Notes: a model not told the origin generated them from the sequence alone. A stretch of 64,000 nt of DNA from Deltaproteobacteria bacterium (GCA_029565915.1 JAKQNG010000197.1:12759-76758); one strand, 5' to 3'. Counted from the first letter of the stretch, positions 1 through 9,894 are shown. Numbers and translations: made by a program.

Positions 1-155
1 CGATCGGCCTCCATGGCGCGGCGCAGGAAACGGCCATCCCCCAGCAGATGTTCCTGTCCCGCCATGTCTTCGATTCGAGACGGACGCATGCGATCGGCGA
101 GGGGCGTCATCCGGGGATCGCCCTTCACGGCTCTGCTGAACAGGTCTTCACTCAT
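1..155 (-). CDS. rarA: Replication-associated recombination protein A (RarA/MgsA), N-terminal fragment; gene continues beyond the window start
   Basis: Reverse translation from ATG (cat at 153-155) gives MSEDLFSRAVKGDPRMTPLADRMRPSRIEDMAGQEHLLGDGRFLRRAMEAD. This matches the conserved RarA N-terminus (PLAxRMRP...GQxHLL...RAxEA). Confidence 0.7.
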   Translation of the reverse strand, partial: MSEDLFSRAVKGDPRMTPLADRMRPSRIEDMAGQEHLLGDGRFLRRAMEAD

Positions 156-192
156 GAAACTCTCCCGCACGGCGGCGGAGGTGTCCCGGAGG

Positions 193-519
193 CTATTTCT
201 TCTTTGCCCGGGAAGGCGTTCGAGAAGGCCGCGCAACCGGTTCCGCGGGAGCCGGCGTCGACTGGACGGATTTCAGTTCGTCCTCCAGGCGACATACAGT
301 GCGCTTCAGCTCATCGATATCGGCGCGCGTGGCGAGTTCCATGAAGCCGGTAATCCGATCCCGGTTGCTGCGGATGCCCTCCGAGACTTTAATGGGCAGG
401 GACATCGCCTTTTCAATCATCACGCCAACCTGCTCGCTCTCCATGGCCTTTGCCACCAGCGGCGAGTTGAGCAGCTTGATGCCCTTTGCCACTACCTTTT
501 CCTTGAGTCCTTCCATCAT
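193..519 (-). CDS. Phasin-like / PHA granule-associated small coiled-coil protein (108 aa)
   Basis: Small K/E-rich alpha-helical protein ending in a basic tail (SRAKKK). It resembles the phasin/PHA synthesis regulator family. Family assignment is from memory, not searched. Confidence 0.4.
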   Translation of the reverse strand: MMEGLKEKVVAKGIKLLNSPLVAKAMESEQVGVMIEKAMSLPIKVSEGIRSNRDRITGFMELATRADIDELKRTVCRLEDELKSVQSTPAPAEPVARPSRTPSRAKKK

Positions 520-613
520 GATGTCACCTTGTCTTTCCGCTCACAGAATCGTTGGTATCGAACGCAGCGACAAATCTACCGAGTCGGGACCAATGTTGTC
601 AATGGAGAGTTCG

Positions 614-1615
614 CTACAACCCCAGCGGCAGCTGCACTGGTTGATGGCAGCGATGCACAGGAAGCGACGAACGCGCAAACGCCTCCACCATATCCGGACT
701 GCACCCGGGGCCCAGCATGATGGCGGATGCACCGGTACGGCGGGCGAAGGCCACGTATTCCCTGGCGGACTCCGGCGCGCAGAAGGCGAATTGATCACTG
801 TCGTCGCCGACGGCACCGGCCCGGCAAACCCTCACGTCGGCCCGCGTGCGGAACCGCGACACCTGAAAGGCGTGACGCAGAAACAGCACGACGCCGGATG
901 CGGGCCAGAGGCTCTCTTGTCTCAGAATGGCTCCGCTCCCGGACACCAGGGCTCCCGTGTCCCGCAGCATCTCGTAGGCACTGCGATGGGCATGGACGGG
1001 AACGGGCAGTTCGGACAGGATGGACACCACATCGTACAACGCCGTGCGACAGTCGCATACGACGGCAACGGCGATGGCAGACTGCTGTTCCATCACCCAA
1101 CGGACAAATTGCTTTTTCACTGTCCTTGGCGCCATGGTCCGCTCCGGTCGGGAGACCGCATCGAGCAGCAGCAGATCGCAGTGGACATTTACCGACGGTT
1201 CGCCGCTCAGGGGCTGGGACACGCGCAACCCGCCGCAGAATACAATCGTCCGCCCCTGCACGCGGATTTCCAGCATGGCCGAACCGGGGCCCCATCCGGC
1301 CGGCAACAGACGCAGATCCATGCGGCCCAGACGGAAGGGGCGATCATAGTCCACGGCCAGGGTGTCCACGTGGCGACGGCCGGATCGGAGGGCGGCCATC
1401 ACCAGGCCGGTGCCGATGAGGCGGGGCGCGTTGAGGGGCACCGCCTGATCGAGGTGCGCGCAGAAGAGCAATCCCGGATTTCTGGCGCCGACAAAGGCGA
1501 GGGGCGTTCCGGTCAGTTTGAACCCGCCGTCGCAGATGACGCCCCGGGGCAACCGATCCACTGCCTGAATGTCGATTAATTCTTTTGTCTCACCAATGTG
1601 TCGATTTTCGTCCAC
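614..1615 (-). CDS. Hypothetical protein, possibly degenerate metallo-beta-lactamase fold (333 aa)
   Basis: Long ORF with coding-like composition. It has weak MBL-like segments (LFCAHLDQA) but no clean HxHxDH motif. Confidence 0.3.
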   Translation of the reverse strand: MDENRHIGETKELIDIQAVDRLPRGVICDGGFKLTGTPLAFVGARNPGLLFCAHLDQAVPLNAPRLIGTGLVMAALRSGRRHVDTLAVDYDRPFRLGRMDLRLLPAGWGPGSAMLEIRVQGRTIVFCGGLRVSQPLSGEPSVNVHCDLLLLDAVSRPERTMAPRTVKKQFVRWVMEQQSAIAVAVVCDCRTALYDVVSILSELPVPVHAHRSAYEMLRDTGALVSGSGAILRQESLWPASGVVLFLRHAFQVSRFRTRADVRVCRAGAVGDDSDQFAFCAPESAREYVAFARRTGASAIMLGPGCSPDMVEAFARSSLPVHRCHQPVQLPLGL

Positions 1616-1774
1616 CGGTTTTCAGGCTAGGGAAGCGGCTGGTTATTGTCAAGAGGCGCAAAAAAGGGCCGGAGGCTGCGGTCACGGCGGATTCGAACGA
1701 CGGTTTCCGAGTCGATGATTTCACTCGCGATATCCTGCGTGTCGCTGGATGTACGGGTTGATTGGCGTTTCCGG

Positions 1775-1975
1775 TCAGTCCTGCGGCAGGTACTTTTTTT
1801 GTTGATACCGACGGGCGAAATCCAATCGTTCTTCTTCGGGCAGAGAGGTCATGAATGCCTTCCATCCGGGACACCAGTTGGCGTGCCAGCGCCAGAATCG
1901 GCCCGCAAGGGACCTGGGTGCTGTGTCATACTTTCTTCGGAGGGCACAGGTCCGGCAGTTGTGTTCGTCGCTCAT
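1775..1975 (-). CDS. Small Cys/Trp-containing hypothetical protein (66 aa)
   Basis: Short ORF 19 bp downstream of the GH3 gene on the same strand. It carries a CxxC...WC pattern. Function unknown. Confidence 0.3.
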   Translation of the reverse strand: MSDEHNCRTCALRRKYDTAPRSLAGRFWRWHANWCPGWKAFMTSLPEEERLDFARRYQQKKYLPQD

Positions 1976-1993
1976 CGGCAGGTCTCCTGTGGG

Positions 1994-3865
1994 CTACCAG
2001 GTCAGGCCGTAACCCAGGGGAAACAGGGGCTGGTCGTCCTTGTCTCCCTCGTTGATGGGAATCTGTTCCATGGCGGCGGGCCAAGAATGGGAAAGCTTTC
2101 CCGTGGGCGCCACATCGCCGAACAGGACATCCGCAATACCGTCCCCTTCGGAGCCGGGAAGCCATGCGGCAATGAAGCCGTCGGCCATGTCGATTTCGTC
2201 GGTGACGATCATCGGCCGTCCCGAGAACAGAATGACAACATAGGGCACGCCACTCTTTTCCATGTTCGCGATGGCCCGTCGATCCCCCTGGTCGAGGTGC
2301 AGGTCATCCCGATCGCCGTGCCATTCCGCATAGGGCATTTCTCCCACCACCACCACTCCCGCATCCGTCCGCCGCGAAATTCCCGAACCATCCAGGCTCC
2401 AGGTCACCCGCGCGCGCTTCTGCAGGGCCGAAAGAACCGTGGTGCCCTCGGTCCGACGTCCTTCGCCGGCCCAGGTCACCGTCCATCCGCCGCACTGGAT
2501 GGTCAAATCGTCGGCGCCGCTGCCGGCTACGTGAATCCGTGCCCCCGGCGTCAGCGGCAGCAGGCCGGCATTTTTCAGCACGACCAGCGACTTCGCCACT
2601 GCTTCCCGGGCCACCTGCCGATGACCGTCACAGCCCACTTTTGCCGTCAGCGCCGGATCCGTTTTCGGTGAATAGCCTTCATCGAACATGCCCATCTCGC
2701 ACTTCACCTGCAGAATTCGCCGCACCGCATCATCCAGCCGTTCCAGAGAAATCCGGTCCGGCACCGCGGACACCACCGCGGCGATGAATTCCCTGTAGCG
2801 ATCGGGCACCATCACCATGTCCACCCCCGCATTAATGGCGGTTTCCACATCCGAGGCAAAGCCGCCGGGCAGATCGTCAATGCCTTCCCAGTCGGAAATG
2901 ACAAACCCGGCGAAGCCCAGCTCGCCTTTCAGCACGTCTGTCAGCAGATGCTTTTCGCCGTGCATTTTTGTTCCCATGTAACTGCTGTAGGACACCATCA
3001 CTGTGCCGGCTCCGGCCGCAATCGCGGGAATGTACTGGTCCACCGCCAGTGCGCGGAACCGGGCCATGTCCAGCCGCACGTCCCCCCGGTCGAGAAATGC
3101 GTTGTCCATGTGTGACGTGCCGTACAGGGTGGCGCCATCGCCGGCGAAATGCTTGATGCTCGCCAGCACTGAGCCGGGGCTCCGCAGGGACGCGCCCTGT
3201 AACCCCTGCACGGCTGCCGTCCCATACAGAGCGGCCAGTTCCGGTGTTTCGCCAAAGGCCTCGTAGGTGCGGCCCCATCGTTCGTCCCGCGCGGCTGCGA
3301 GAACCGGTGCAAACGCCCAGTCCACACCGCTGCCGCGGGTTTCCAGTGCGGTGACCCGCGCGGCTTTTCGCACCAGGTCGGGATCTCCCGTGCACCCCAG
3401 ACCGATGTTGTGAGGGAATACCACCGCACCCGTGCTCTTGGCGTTTCCGTGCACGGCGTCGATGCCGAACAGCAGGGGAATGCCGGGTTCGGAGCGCAGG
3501 GCGATTTTTCTGACTTCATCGATCCAGGCAGCCCAGGCACCGGCGCTCAAATCGGTTCCGGGAAAATCCGTGCCGCCGGCCAGCATGGAACCGATGGCAT
3601 AGCGGGCCAGATCTTCCTTGTCCGTCAGATAACGCATGGCAACCTGGGTCATCTGACCCGCCTTCTGTTCGGTCGTCAGTCGGGCGAGGACCGATGCGGC
3701 CGTTTCCTTGCAGGCCGGGGACGGCGACCACGGTCCGTCACGCAAAGGAGACGGGAGTTCGTCTGCGAAGGGCGTCGTTGGCGCAGGCGACGGCTGCGTC
3801 CCGGGATTCGCACCACAGGACAGACACAGCAGGGACAGGAGTACAGCGGGGCGGATCAGGAACAT
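1994..3865 (-). CDS. Glycoside hydrolase family 3 (beta-glucosidase / beta-hexosaminidase-like) lipoprotein
   Basis: GH3 N-terminal-domain signature GFAGFVISDWEGI. Lipoprotein signal MFLIRPAVLLSLLCLSCG. An alternative upstream start lies at 3931. Confidence 0.85.
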   Translation of the reverse strand: MFLIRPAVLLSLLCLSCGANPGTQPSPAPTTPFADELPSPLRDGPWSPSPACKETAASVLARLTTEQKAGQMTQVAMRYLTDKEDLARYAIGSMLAGGTDFPGTDLSAGAWAAWIDEVRKIALRSEPGIPLLFGIDAVHGNAKSTGAVVFPHNIGLGCTGDPDLVRKAARVTALETRGSGVDWAFAPVLAAARDERWGRTYEAFGETPELAALYGTAAVQGLQGASLRSPGSVLASIKHFAGDGATLYGTSHMDNAFLDRGDVRLDMARFRALAVDQYIPAIAAGAGTVMVSYSSYMGTKMHGEKHLLTDVLKGELGFAGFVISDWEGIDDLPGGFASDVETAINAGVDMVMVPDRYREFIAAVVSAVPDRISLERLDDAVRRILQVKCEMGMFDEGYSPKTDPALTAKVGCDGHRQVAREAVAKSLVVLKNAGLLPLTPGARIHVAGSGADDLTIQCGGWTVTWAGEGRRTEGTTVLSALQKRARVTWSLDGSGISRRTDAGVVVVGEMPYAEWHGDRDDLHLDQGDRRAIANMEKSGVPYVVILFSGRPMIVTDEIDMADGFIAAWLPGSEGDGIADVLFGDVAPTGKLSHSWPAAMEQIPINEGDKDDQPLFPLGYGLTW

Positions 3866-6624
3866 CCGGAGGTGGAGCCGCAGTTGATGCAGCGGTGACA
3901 GGCACCGTTGCGCACCATGATGGAACCGCATTCCGGGCAGGGAGGGGCATCGACTTCCGTCTGGAATCCCACCAGCGACGTGGGGGACCCCGGCCCGAGG
4001 CTGTCCGTTTCAACCGATGGCGCGGACACGGGCGCCGGCGGCAGGCTGGTCAGTCCGCCATTCTGTATGAACCGCCGTCCGTCTGCCTTCTGGAACTTCA
4101 GATCCAGCCAGCGGAAGATGTAGTCCATGATCGATTTTGCAATGGGGATTTCCGGGTTTCTTGTGATGCCGGAGGGCTCAAACCGGGTGTGACAGAATTT
4201 GTCCACCAGGACCGACAGGGGCACGCCGTACTGCAGCGCCAGGGAAATCGCCGTGGCAAATGAATCCATGAGTCCCGAGACCACGGATCCTTCCTTGGCC
4301 ATGCGGATGAAAATTTCGCCCACCTGACCGTCTTCGTACAGCCCGGCGGTGATGTAGCCTTCGTGACCGGAGATGTCGAACTTGTGGGTGATGCTCTGCC
4401 GCTCATCGGGGAGCCTTCTGCGCCGCATGCCCGGCTCAATGGCAAAGCCCACGGGCGGCCTGGAAGCGGTTTTCGCGGTCGCGGAGGTGTTGAGGGGTTG
4501 CGTGCGCTTGGAACCATCCCGGTAGATGGCGATGGCCTTGAGACCCAGCTTCCACGCATCCGTATAGATGCGGAAGATGTCGTCCGGCGTGGCCTCCGTG
4601 GGAACGTTCACGGTCTTGGAAATGGCGCCGGAGATGAACGGCTGCACGGCGGCCATCATGCGGACGTGTCCTTCGGGCGCGATGCACCGCTTTCCGTTGG
4701 AAGCCTTGAAGGCGCAGTCGAAGACGGGCAGGTGCTCGTCGTTCAGTCCCGGTGCGCCTTCGATGGTGCCCTTCGCGTCGATGTGGTTGATGATGGCCTC
4801 GATTTCCGCATCGTCATAACCGAGTCGCTCCAGTGCCGCGGTAACCGAGTTGTTCACAATTTTCAGGACGCCGCCGCCGACGAGGCTCTTGTACTTCACA
4901 AGGGCGATATCCGGTTCCACGCCGGTGGTATCGCAGTCCATCATGAAGGCAATGGTGCCCGTGGGGGCCAGCACTGTGGTCTGCGCGTTGCGGAAACCGT
5001 GGCGGGAGCCCATGGAAATGGCCCCGTCCCAGACGTCCCGCGCCGCCTCCAGCATCCATGGGGACGCCAGCTCCTCGTCAATGTCGTCCACGGCTTCCCG
5101 GTGCATCCGCATCACTTCGAGCATGGATTCCGCATTGGGCGTGTACTCGGAGAAGGGTCCGATGGCCGAGGCCATGCGGGTGGACTGGGCGTAGGCCTCA
5201 CCGGTCATGAGCGCCGAAATCCCCGCCGCGTATGCCCTTCCCGCATCGCTGTCGTAGGGAATGCCGCGCCGCATGAGCAGGGCGCCCAGGTTCGCATATC
5301 CCAGCCCCAGAGGCCGGAACAGGTGGCTGTTCTTTTCGATGCGCGCCGTCGGGTACTGGGCGTTGTCCACAAAGATATCCTGCGCCGTAATCATGATGTC
5401 GATTACATGCTTGAACAAATCAATATCAAATTCGCCTTCTTCCGTAATGTACCGCATCAGGTTGAGCGAGGCGAGGTTGCAGGCGGAGTTGTCGAGGAAC
5501 ATGTATTCAGAGCAGGGGTTGGACGCATTGATGCGACCGGAGGCCTTGCAGGTGTGCCAGCGATTGCAGGCGTCGTCGAACTGCATGCCCGGATCCCCGC
5601 AGAGGTGAGTGGCTTCGGCGATGTCCTTCATGACCTCTTTTGCCTGCAGGGTTTCCATTGGTCGACCGTCCTTGACGGAAAGGGTCTGGTATTCCCTGTT
5701 TTCCACCACTGCATGCATGAAGTCGTCGGACGCGCGAACGGAATTGTTGGAGTTCTGAAAAAAAACAGAGCTGTAGGCCTCTCCGTTGATGTCGCCGCTG
5801 TAGCCGGCATCGATGAGATCCCATGCCTTCTTTTCTTCATGCACCTTGCAGTTTACGAATTCGCGGATGTCCGGATGGTTGGCGTTGAGAATAACCATCT
5901 TTGCCGCCCGACGGGTCTTCCCGCCGCTCTTTATCACGCCGGCAAAGGAGTCGAATCCGCGCATGAACGATACGGGACCGGAGGCCATGCCTCCCGAAGA
6001 GAGCTGTTCTCTGGATGATCGAATGGTGGAGAAGTTCGTTCCCGAGCCGGAACCGCCCTTGAACAGGTGCGCTTCCGTGGCGGCGAGTTCCATGATGGAT
6101 TCCATGGTGTCGTCCACGGAATTGATGAAACATGCGGAGGCCTGTGGGTGGGGATCGATGCCCACGTTGAACCACACGGGACTGTTGAATGTGGCCATCT
6201 GATGCAACAGGATGTGCGTCAACTCGGCTTCGAAAGTTTCCGCATCGTGCTCGGAGGAAAAATAGCCGTCCTTGCGACCCCACGTGCAGATGCAGCCCAC
6301 CACGCGATTGATGATCTCGCGGACGGATTTTTCCCGTTCCTGCACATCCGATTTGCTGCGGAAATATTTGGACACCACCACGTTCGTGGCCAGCTGGCTC
6401 CAGAATGAGGGAATTTCCACATCATTGGCATCAAGGATCTTTTCGCCCTTGTCATTGGTGATGCTCGCGTGTCGCAGTTCCCACTTCACCTGATCGTAGG
6501 GATGCTCTCCCACCCGGGTGAGAACACGGGAAAACTTGAGTCCTCCTCCCGCATGAAGAGCCGTCCGTTTCAGTTTCTCCATCTGTCCGTCTTTTCTGGG
6601 TCTGGTCTGCTGTATGGTGCTCAT
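3856..6624 (-). CDS. nrdJ: Adenosylcobalamin-dependent ribonucleoside-diphosphate reductase (class II RNR)
   Basis: 922 aa with the RNR catalytic core and a C-terminal zinc ribbon (CPECGSIMVRNGACHRCINCGS) typical of NrdJ. Confidence 0.93.
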   Translation of the reverse strand: MSTIQQTRPRKDGQMEKLKRTALHAGGGLKFSRVLTRVGEHPYDQVKWELRHASITNDKGEKILDANDVEIPSFWSQLATNVVVSKYFRSKSDVQEREKSVREIINRVVGCICTWGRKDGYFSSEHDAETFEAELTHILLHQMATFNSPVWFNVGIDPHPQASACFINSVDDTMESIMELAATEAHLFKGGSGSGTNFSTIRSSREQLSSGGMASGPVSFMRGFDSFAGVIKSGGKTRRAAKMVILNANHPDIREFVNCKVHEEKKAWDLIDAGYSGDINGEAYSSVFFQNSNNSVRASDDFMHAVVENREYQTLSVKDGRPMETLQAKEVMKDIAEATHLCGDPGMQFDDACNRWHTCKASGRINASNPCSEYMFLDNSACNLASLNLMRYITEEGEFDIDLFKHVIDIMITAQDIFVDNAQYPTARIEKNSHLFRPLGLGYANLGALLMRRGIPYDSDAGRAYAAGISALMTGEAYAQSTRMASAIGPFSEYTPNAESMLEVMRMHREAVDDIDEELASPWMLEAARDVWDGAISMGSRHGFRNAQTTVLAPTGTIAFMMDCDTTGVEPDIALVKYKSLVGGGVLKIVNNSVTAALERLGYDDAEIEAIINHIDAKGTIEGAPGLNDEHLPVFDCAFKASNGKRCIAPEGHVRMMAAVQPFISGAISKTVNVPTEATPDDIFRIYTDAWKLGLKAIAIYRDGSKRTQPLNTSATAKTASRPPVGFAIEPGMRRRRLPDERQSITHKFDISGHEGYITAGLYEDGQVGEIFIRMAKEGSVVSGLMDSFATAISLALQYGVPLSVLVDKFCHTRFEPSGITRNPEIPIAKSIMDYIFRWLDLKFQKADGRRFIQNGGLTSLPPAPVSAPSVETDSLGPGSPTSLVGFQTEVDAPPCPECGSIMVRNGACHRCINCGSTSGCS

Positions 6625-6793
6625 CCTCGACTCCTGAAAAAGGCCCGTTCATCCATGCGATTAACGCCCAATCGCCCGATTTTGACAAAACCGGTCCGAA
6701 AACCGATTGAATTACAGGCCCATTGTGAAAAAAGTTGTTCAGTGTTTGACGCACCATGGTTTGTGCGGCATTCGAAACCTGAAGTCAAGAATT

Positions 6794-6845
6794 TTGACAC
6801 AATATGTTGGGTTTCAGTTTCCCTGAAAACCCATATATTGTGCCT
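6794..6845. promoter_or_regulatory. Two candidate NrdR boxes in the nrdJ 5' leader
   Basis: ACACAATATGTTGG (approx. 6797-6810) and CCCATATATTGTGC (approx. 6830-6843) both resemble the NrdR box palindrome acacwAtATaTwgtgt. Centres lie ~33 bp (3 helical turns) apart, 170-220 bp upstream of the nrdJ ATG. Confidence 0.45.
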
Positions 6846-7035
6846 GACTGGACGCATCTCCAGTCTTTCCCACAGGTTACCCACACTTTCTTCCACTGTT
6901 TCCCCCACTGAACAGACTGTTATCCACAGTTCCTCCCCATTCATATACTTCTGTTCAGCTGCCGTGAGCATTCGCCCGGAAGGATGTTTTTGCCGGTTTT
7001 TTGCGCCCCCGGGTCCGTCCCTTTATATAGAAATC

Positions 7036-7794
7036 ATGCCGATAACGAAACCATCAACCAACTCTGACATACCGCTCATCCGCCTCGAACGGGTGAGCCG
7101 CTTCTTTCGACCCGACAAGCCGGCGCTGTTCGATGTTTCCTTCGACATTGCCCGGGGCGAATTCCTTTACATCACCGGGGCATCCGGCGCAGGGAAGAGC
7201 ACCCTGCTGAAGCTCATTCACCTGTCGGAGCCGCCGGATACAGGAGCTGTTTTCGTGAACGGCCACGATGTGGCCACCCTTCGCGCGGGCGCCGTGTCGG
7301 TGCTGCGCCGTTCCATGGGCGTGGTGTTTCAGGATTTCCACCTCATCGGCGACCTCACCGTGGGCGCCAACATCGGCCTGTCCCTCGAAGTGCTGGGCGT
7401 CTCGCCGTCCTTCATCGCTCGCCGCATCCGGGAGGTCCTCGCGGAAGTGGGTCTCGAAGACATGGAGGATGAAATCGCCGGCTCCCTGTCCGGCGGGGAG
7501 CAGCAACGGGTGGCGGTGGCCCGGGCCCTGGCACCCCGGCCCCAGCTCATTCTCGCGGATGAACCCACGGGAAGCCTCGATGCGTACAGCGCGGACTTCA
7601 TCCTCGACCTGCTCGAAACTGTCAACGGGAACGGCGCCACGGTGGTGGTTGCCACGCATGATCGCATGCTGATGGCCGCGCGACCCCACCGGATTCTCGC
7701 GCTGGATGCCGGACGGCTCGTCGGTATGTCACCGCGCCAGAAAGCCGCTTCCGGCCATGGTCAGCCGGACGCCGGCGTCAAAGAGGTTGGATGA
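7036..7794 (+). CDS. ftsE: Cell division ABC transporter ATP-binding protein FtsE
   Basis: Walker A GASGAGKST, ABC signature LSGGEQQRV, Walker B ILADEP. Immediately followed by ftsX. Confidence 0.9.
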   Translation: MPITKPSTNSDIPLIRLERVSRFFRPDKPALFDVSFDIARGEFLYITGASGAGKSTLLKLIHLSEPPDTGAVFVNGHDVATLRAGAVSVLRRSMGVVFQDFHLIGDLTVGANIGLSLEVLGVSPSFIARRIREVLAEVGLEDMEDEIAGSLSGGEQQRVAVARALAPRPQLILADEPTGSLDAYSADFILDLLETVNGNGATVVVATHDRMLMAARPHRILALDAGRLVGMSPRQKAASGHGQPDAGVKEVG

Positions 7795-7795
7795 C

Positions 7796-8713
7796 ATGGA
7801 AGCAAAACCCACAGGACAGTTCATTTATCGCGCGGCGCACATCCTGCTGCGCGCCACCGGCGGTATCCGCCGTCGACCATGGCTCCACCTGCTGTCCACG
7901 CTCACGCTGGCAGCGGCGTTTCTCAGCTTCGCCGCCACGCTGACCGTGGCCCGCAACCTGAACCATCTCATCGACCGGTGGGTGGGGAATTCCGAAATGA
8001 CGGTGTACCTGAAGGACACATCAACGGCGGATCTGGAGCGACTGCGCAACGCAATTGCCGCCATCGATGGCGTGGAACGGGTCGAGGTGATTCGACCGTC
8101 CGCGGCGAGACAGAATTTTGCCCGGGATCTGGGGGCCTTCGGCGATCTGGGCGCCACCCTTCCCGAAGCGGCCTTCCCCGCTTCCATCGACATTCATCTG
8201 TCTCGGCGCCTCGCGGACAACGACCGGGAGCGCCATGCGCTGTCCGCGCGCCTGTCGAAGGTGCACATGGTGGAGGAAGTGGAGGTCTACGACGACTGGT
8301 TCAAGCGATTGTCCGCCATGAGTACCATGGGCCGCACGGCCTCGTGGGGGCTGGGCATCCTCGCGGCCATCGTTGCCATCCTGGTCGTCGCTGCCACGGT
8401 CCGCACGGGCGTGGCGGCACGGCGCAAGGAAATTGCCGTGCTGCGGCTCGTCGGAGCCACCGAAACCTATGTGCGGACGCCGTTTCTCATCGAGGGAGGC
8501 ATCGAAGCGGCCATTGCCATGGGGATTGCACTGTTCTGCCTCCAGCAGATGATGAATCACGTGGACGCCGTTGTGGGAGGCATCATGCCGCTGCTCGGCG
8601 GAGGGCGCATTCTACGATTGGAGTCCACCTGGCTGCTGTTCATGGTGGTCGGCGGCCTGCTGGCGGGACTGGTTGGCGCGCGGTTGTCCCTGCGGCGTCT
8701 GGAGGAAGCATGA
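7796..8713 (+). CDS. ftsX: Cell division permease-like protein FtsX
   Basis: Begins 1 nt after the ftsE stop. Has an N-terminal TM, a periplasmic domain and a C-terminal 3-TM FtsX fold (VLRLVGATETYVRTPFLIEG). Confidence 0.85.
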   Translation: MEAKPTGQFIYRAAHILLRATGGIRRRPWLHLLSTLTLAAAFLSFAATLTVARNLNHLIDRWVGNSEMTVYLKDTSTADLERLRNAIAAIDGVERVEVIRPSAARQNFARDLGAFGDLGATLPEAAFPASIDIHLSRRLADNDRERHALSARLSKVHMVEEVEVYDDWFKRLSAMSTMGRTASWGLGILAAIVAILVVAATVRTGVAARRKEIAVLRLVGATETYVRTPFLIEGGIEAAIAMGIALFCLQQMMNHVDAVVGGIMPLLGGGRILRLESTWLLFMVVGGLLAGLVGARLSLRRLEEA

Positions 8714-9249
8714 GGCGGGCATGGTGGCTGGCGATGGTGCTGTTTCTGGTCGGCATCCCGGCGGCCCGGGCCGGGGAACTCATCTGGGTCACAGACGAGG
8801 AAATCACCGCCGAACTGGCCTCCCGGCAGAACGATCTGGTCCGCACCACCTCCCGCATTGAACAGCTGGGTGAGCGGCGGGATGCCCTGCGCCGGGAAAT
8901 CGACATCATCACCGCCGACCTGGCGTCCATCGACAACCGGCTGACCGCCCGGATTTCGATGCTCTACCGCCTGTCCCGCAATGGACGAAGCCTGCAATAC
9001 CTCGTTGCGTCCAGTTCAGCCATTGAATTTCTGAAGCGAATGGCCACTCTGCGCCGGCTGATCACGTCCGAGCTCGAAGCGCGACGGGAGGTCAGTCTCG
9101 CCCTGTCGAGGACCATGGACGAAGCGGTACAGGTGGAAACCGAAATGACCGGTGCGGTCCGTTTCTGCGAAGAGCTGCAGCTGGCCATCGACGAACTGAC
9201 ACTGGAGCTGGCCGGCCGCACATCGGGAACGACGACCCGTCATTCATGA
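8710..9249 (+). CDS. Secreted coiled-coil protein, EnvC-like N-terminal domain only (no M23/LytM domain)
   Basis: ATGA overlap with the ftsX stop. Signal peptide MRRAWWLAMVLFLVGIPAARA, then ~150 aa of heptad-rich coiled coil. Its position after ftsEX is where EnvC-type activators sit. Confidence 0.5.
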   Translation: MRRAWWLAMVLFLVGIPAARAGELIWVTDEEITAELASRQNDLVRTTSRIEQLGERRDALRREIDIITADLASIDNRLTARISMLYRLSRNGRSLQYLVASSSAIEFLKRMATLRRLITSELEARREVSLALSRTMDEAVQVETEMTGAVRFCEELQLAIDELTLELAGRTSGTTTRHS

Positions 9250-9894
9250 CAGGACGACCACCGCGCGAGCCTGTTCCTCGTCGAGGGTGATTTCGAATCC
9301 GCCGAGGGCCACCACCTGTCGATGTCCGGCAGTGCGCCGGACGAGTCGGATCCGGGCATCCGGCAGCAGTCCCATGTCGATGAGGCGGTGATGCGCTTCG
9401 CCCACCGCACGGATGAGGGAGACAGTGGCCTCCTCGCCCGGCGCCATTGATGCAATGGTCCGCTCCGGCGCCTGCGGTGCCGATGGCAGCGGAATGGCGG
9501 AAACAGGTGGATGGGCCAGCAGGGCATTCATCTGCGACATGGTTTCGGGAAACAGCGCGTGGGCCACCGCATCGGTCTGCCGACGGGCCGTCGGTTCGTC
9601 CATCTGCAGTATCCGGCAGAAGAACGCGAAGACGGTCTGCCTCTTTTTCTCGATCCGCCGCACCGCATCCCGCCCTTCCGCTGTCAGGGTCACCGATTCC
9701 CGCTTCGCATGGGCAACAAGGCCGCGCGCCGCCAGTAACCGCATGGCGGGAGTGGCGGAACCCGGTTTGACGGCCCGCAGACGGGCAATGTCGCGGACCT
9801 TTGCCACGCCGCCATCGCGGACCAGAGTTGCCACCGCGCAGAGGTAGTCCTCCTGCGAGGAGGACAGGGCCTGGAATCGGGAATGTGCATTCAT
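9244..9894 (-). CDS. DtxR/MntR-family metal-dependent transcriptional regulator with C-terminal FeoA (SH3-like) domain
   Basis: N-terminal winged HTH similar to DtxR/IdeR, a metal-binding/dimerisation region, and a C-terminal FeoA-like segment (EEATVSLIRAVGEAHHRLIDMGLLPDARIRLV). Confidence 0.8.
   Translation of the reverse strand: MNAHSRFQALSSSQEDYLCAVATLVRDGGVAKVRDIARLRAVKPGSATPAMRLLAARGLVAHAKRESVTLTAEGRDAVRRIEKKRQTVFAFFCRILQMDEPTARRQTDAVAHALFPETMSQMNALLAHPPVSAIPLPSAPQAPERTIASMAPGEEATVSLIRAVGEAHHRLIDMGLLPDARIRLVRRTAGHRQVVALGGFEITLDEEQARAVVVLS

Noticed and set aside
299-1579. Long + strand ORFs (426 aa, 230 aa) opposite the MBL-like gene
   Set aside because: R/G/A/P-rich translations typical of antisense frames in high-GC DNA. 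No motifs. The minus-strand gene explains the region.
1646-2671. 341-aa + strand ORF
   Set aside because: Antisense to the GH3 gene, which has a clear GFAGFVISDWEGI signature. Low-complexity R/P/G-rich.
4363-6018. 551-aa + strand ORF
   Set aside because: Antisense to nrdJ. G/R/H-rich junk.
6621-6971. 116-aa minus ORF within the nrdJ leader
   Set aside because: Lies in the AT-rich regulatory region, out of frame with and overlapping the nrdJ start. No RBS or domain. More likely untranslated leader containing the NrdR boxes.
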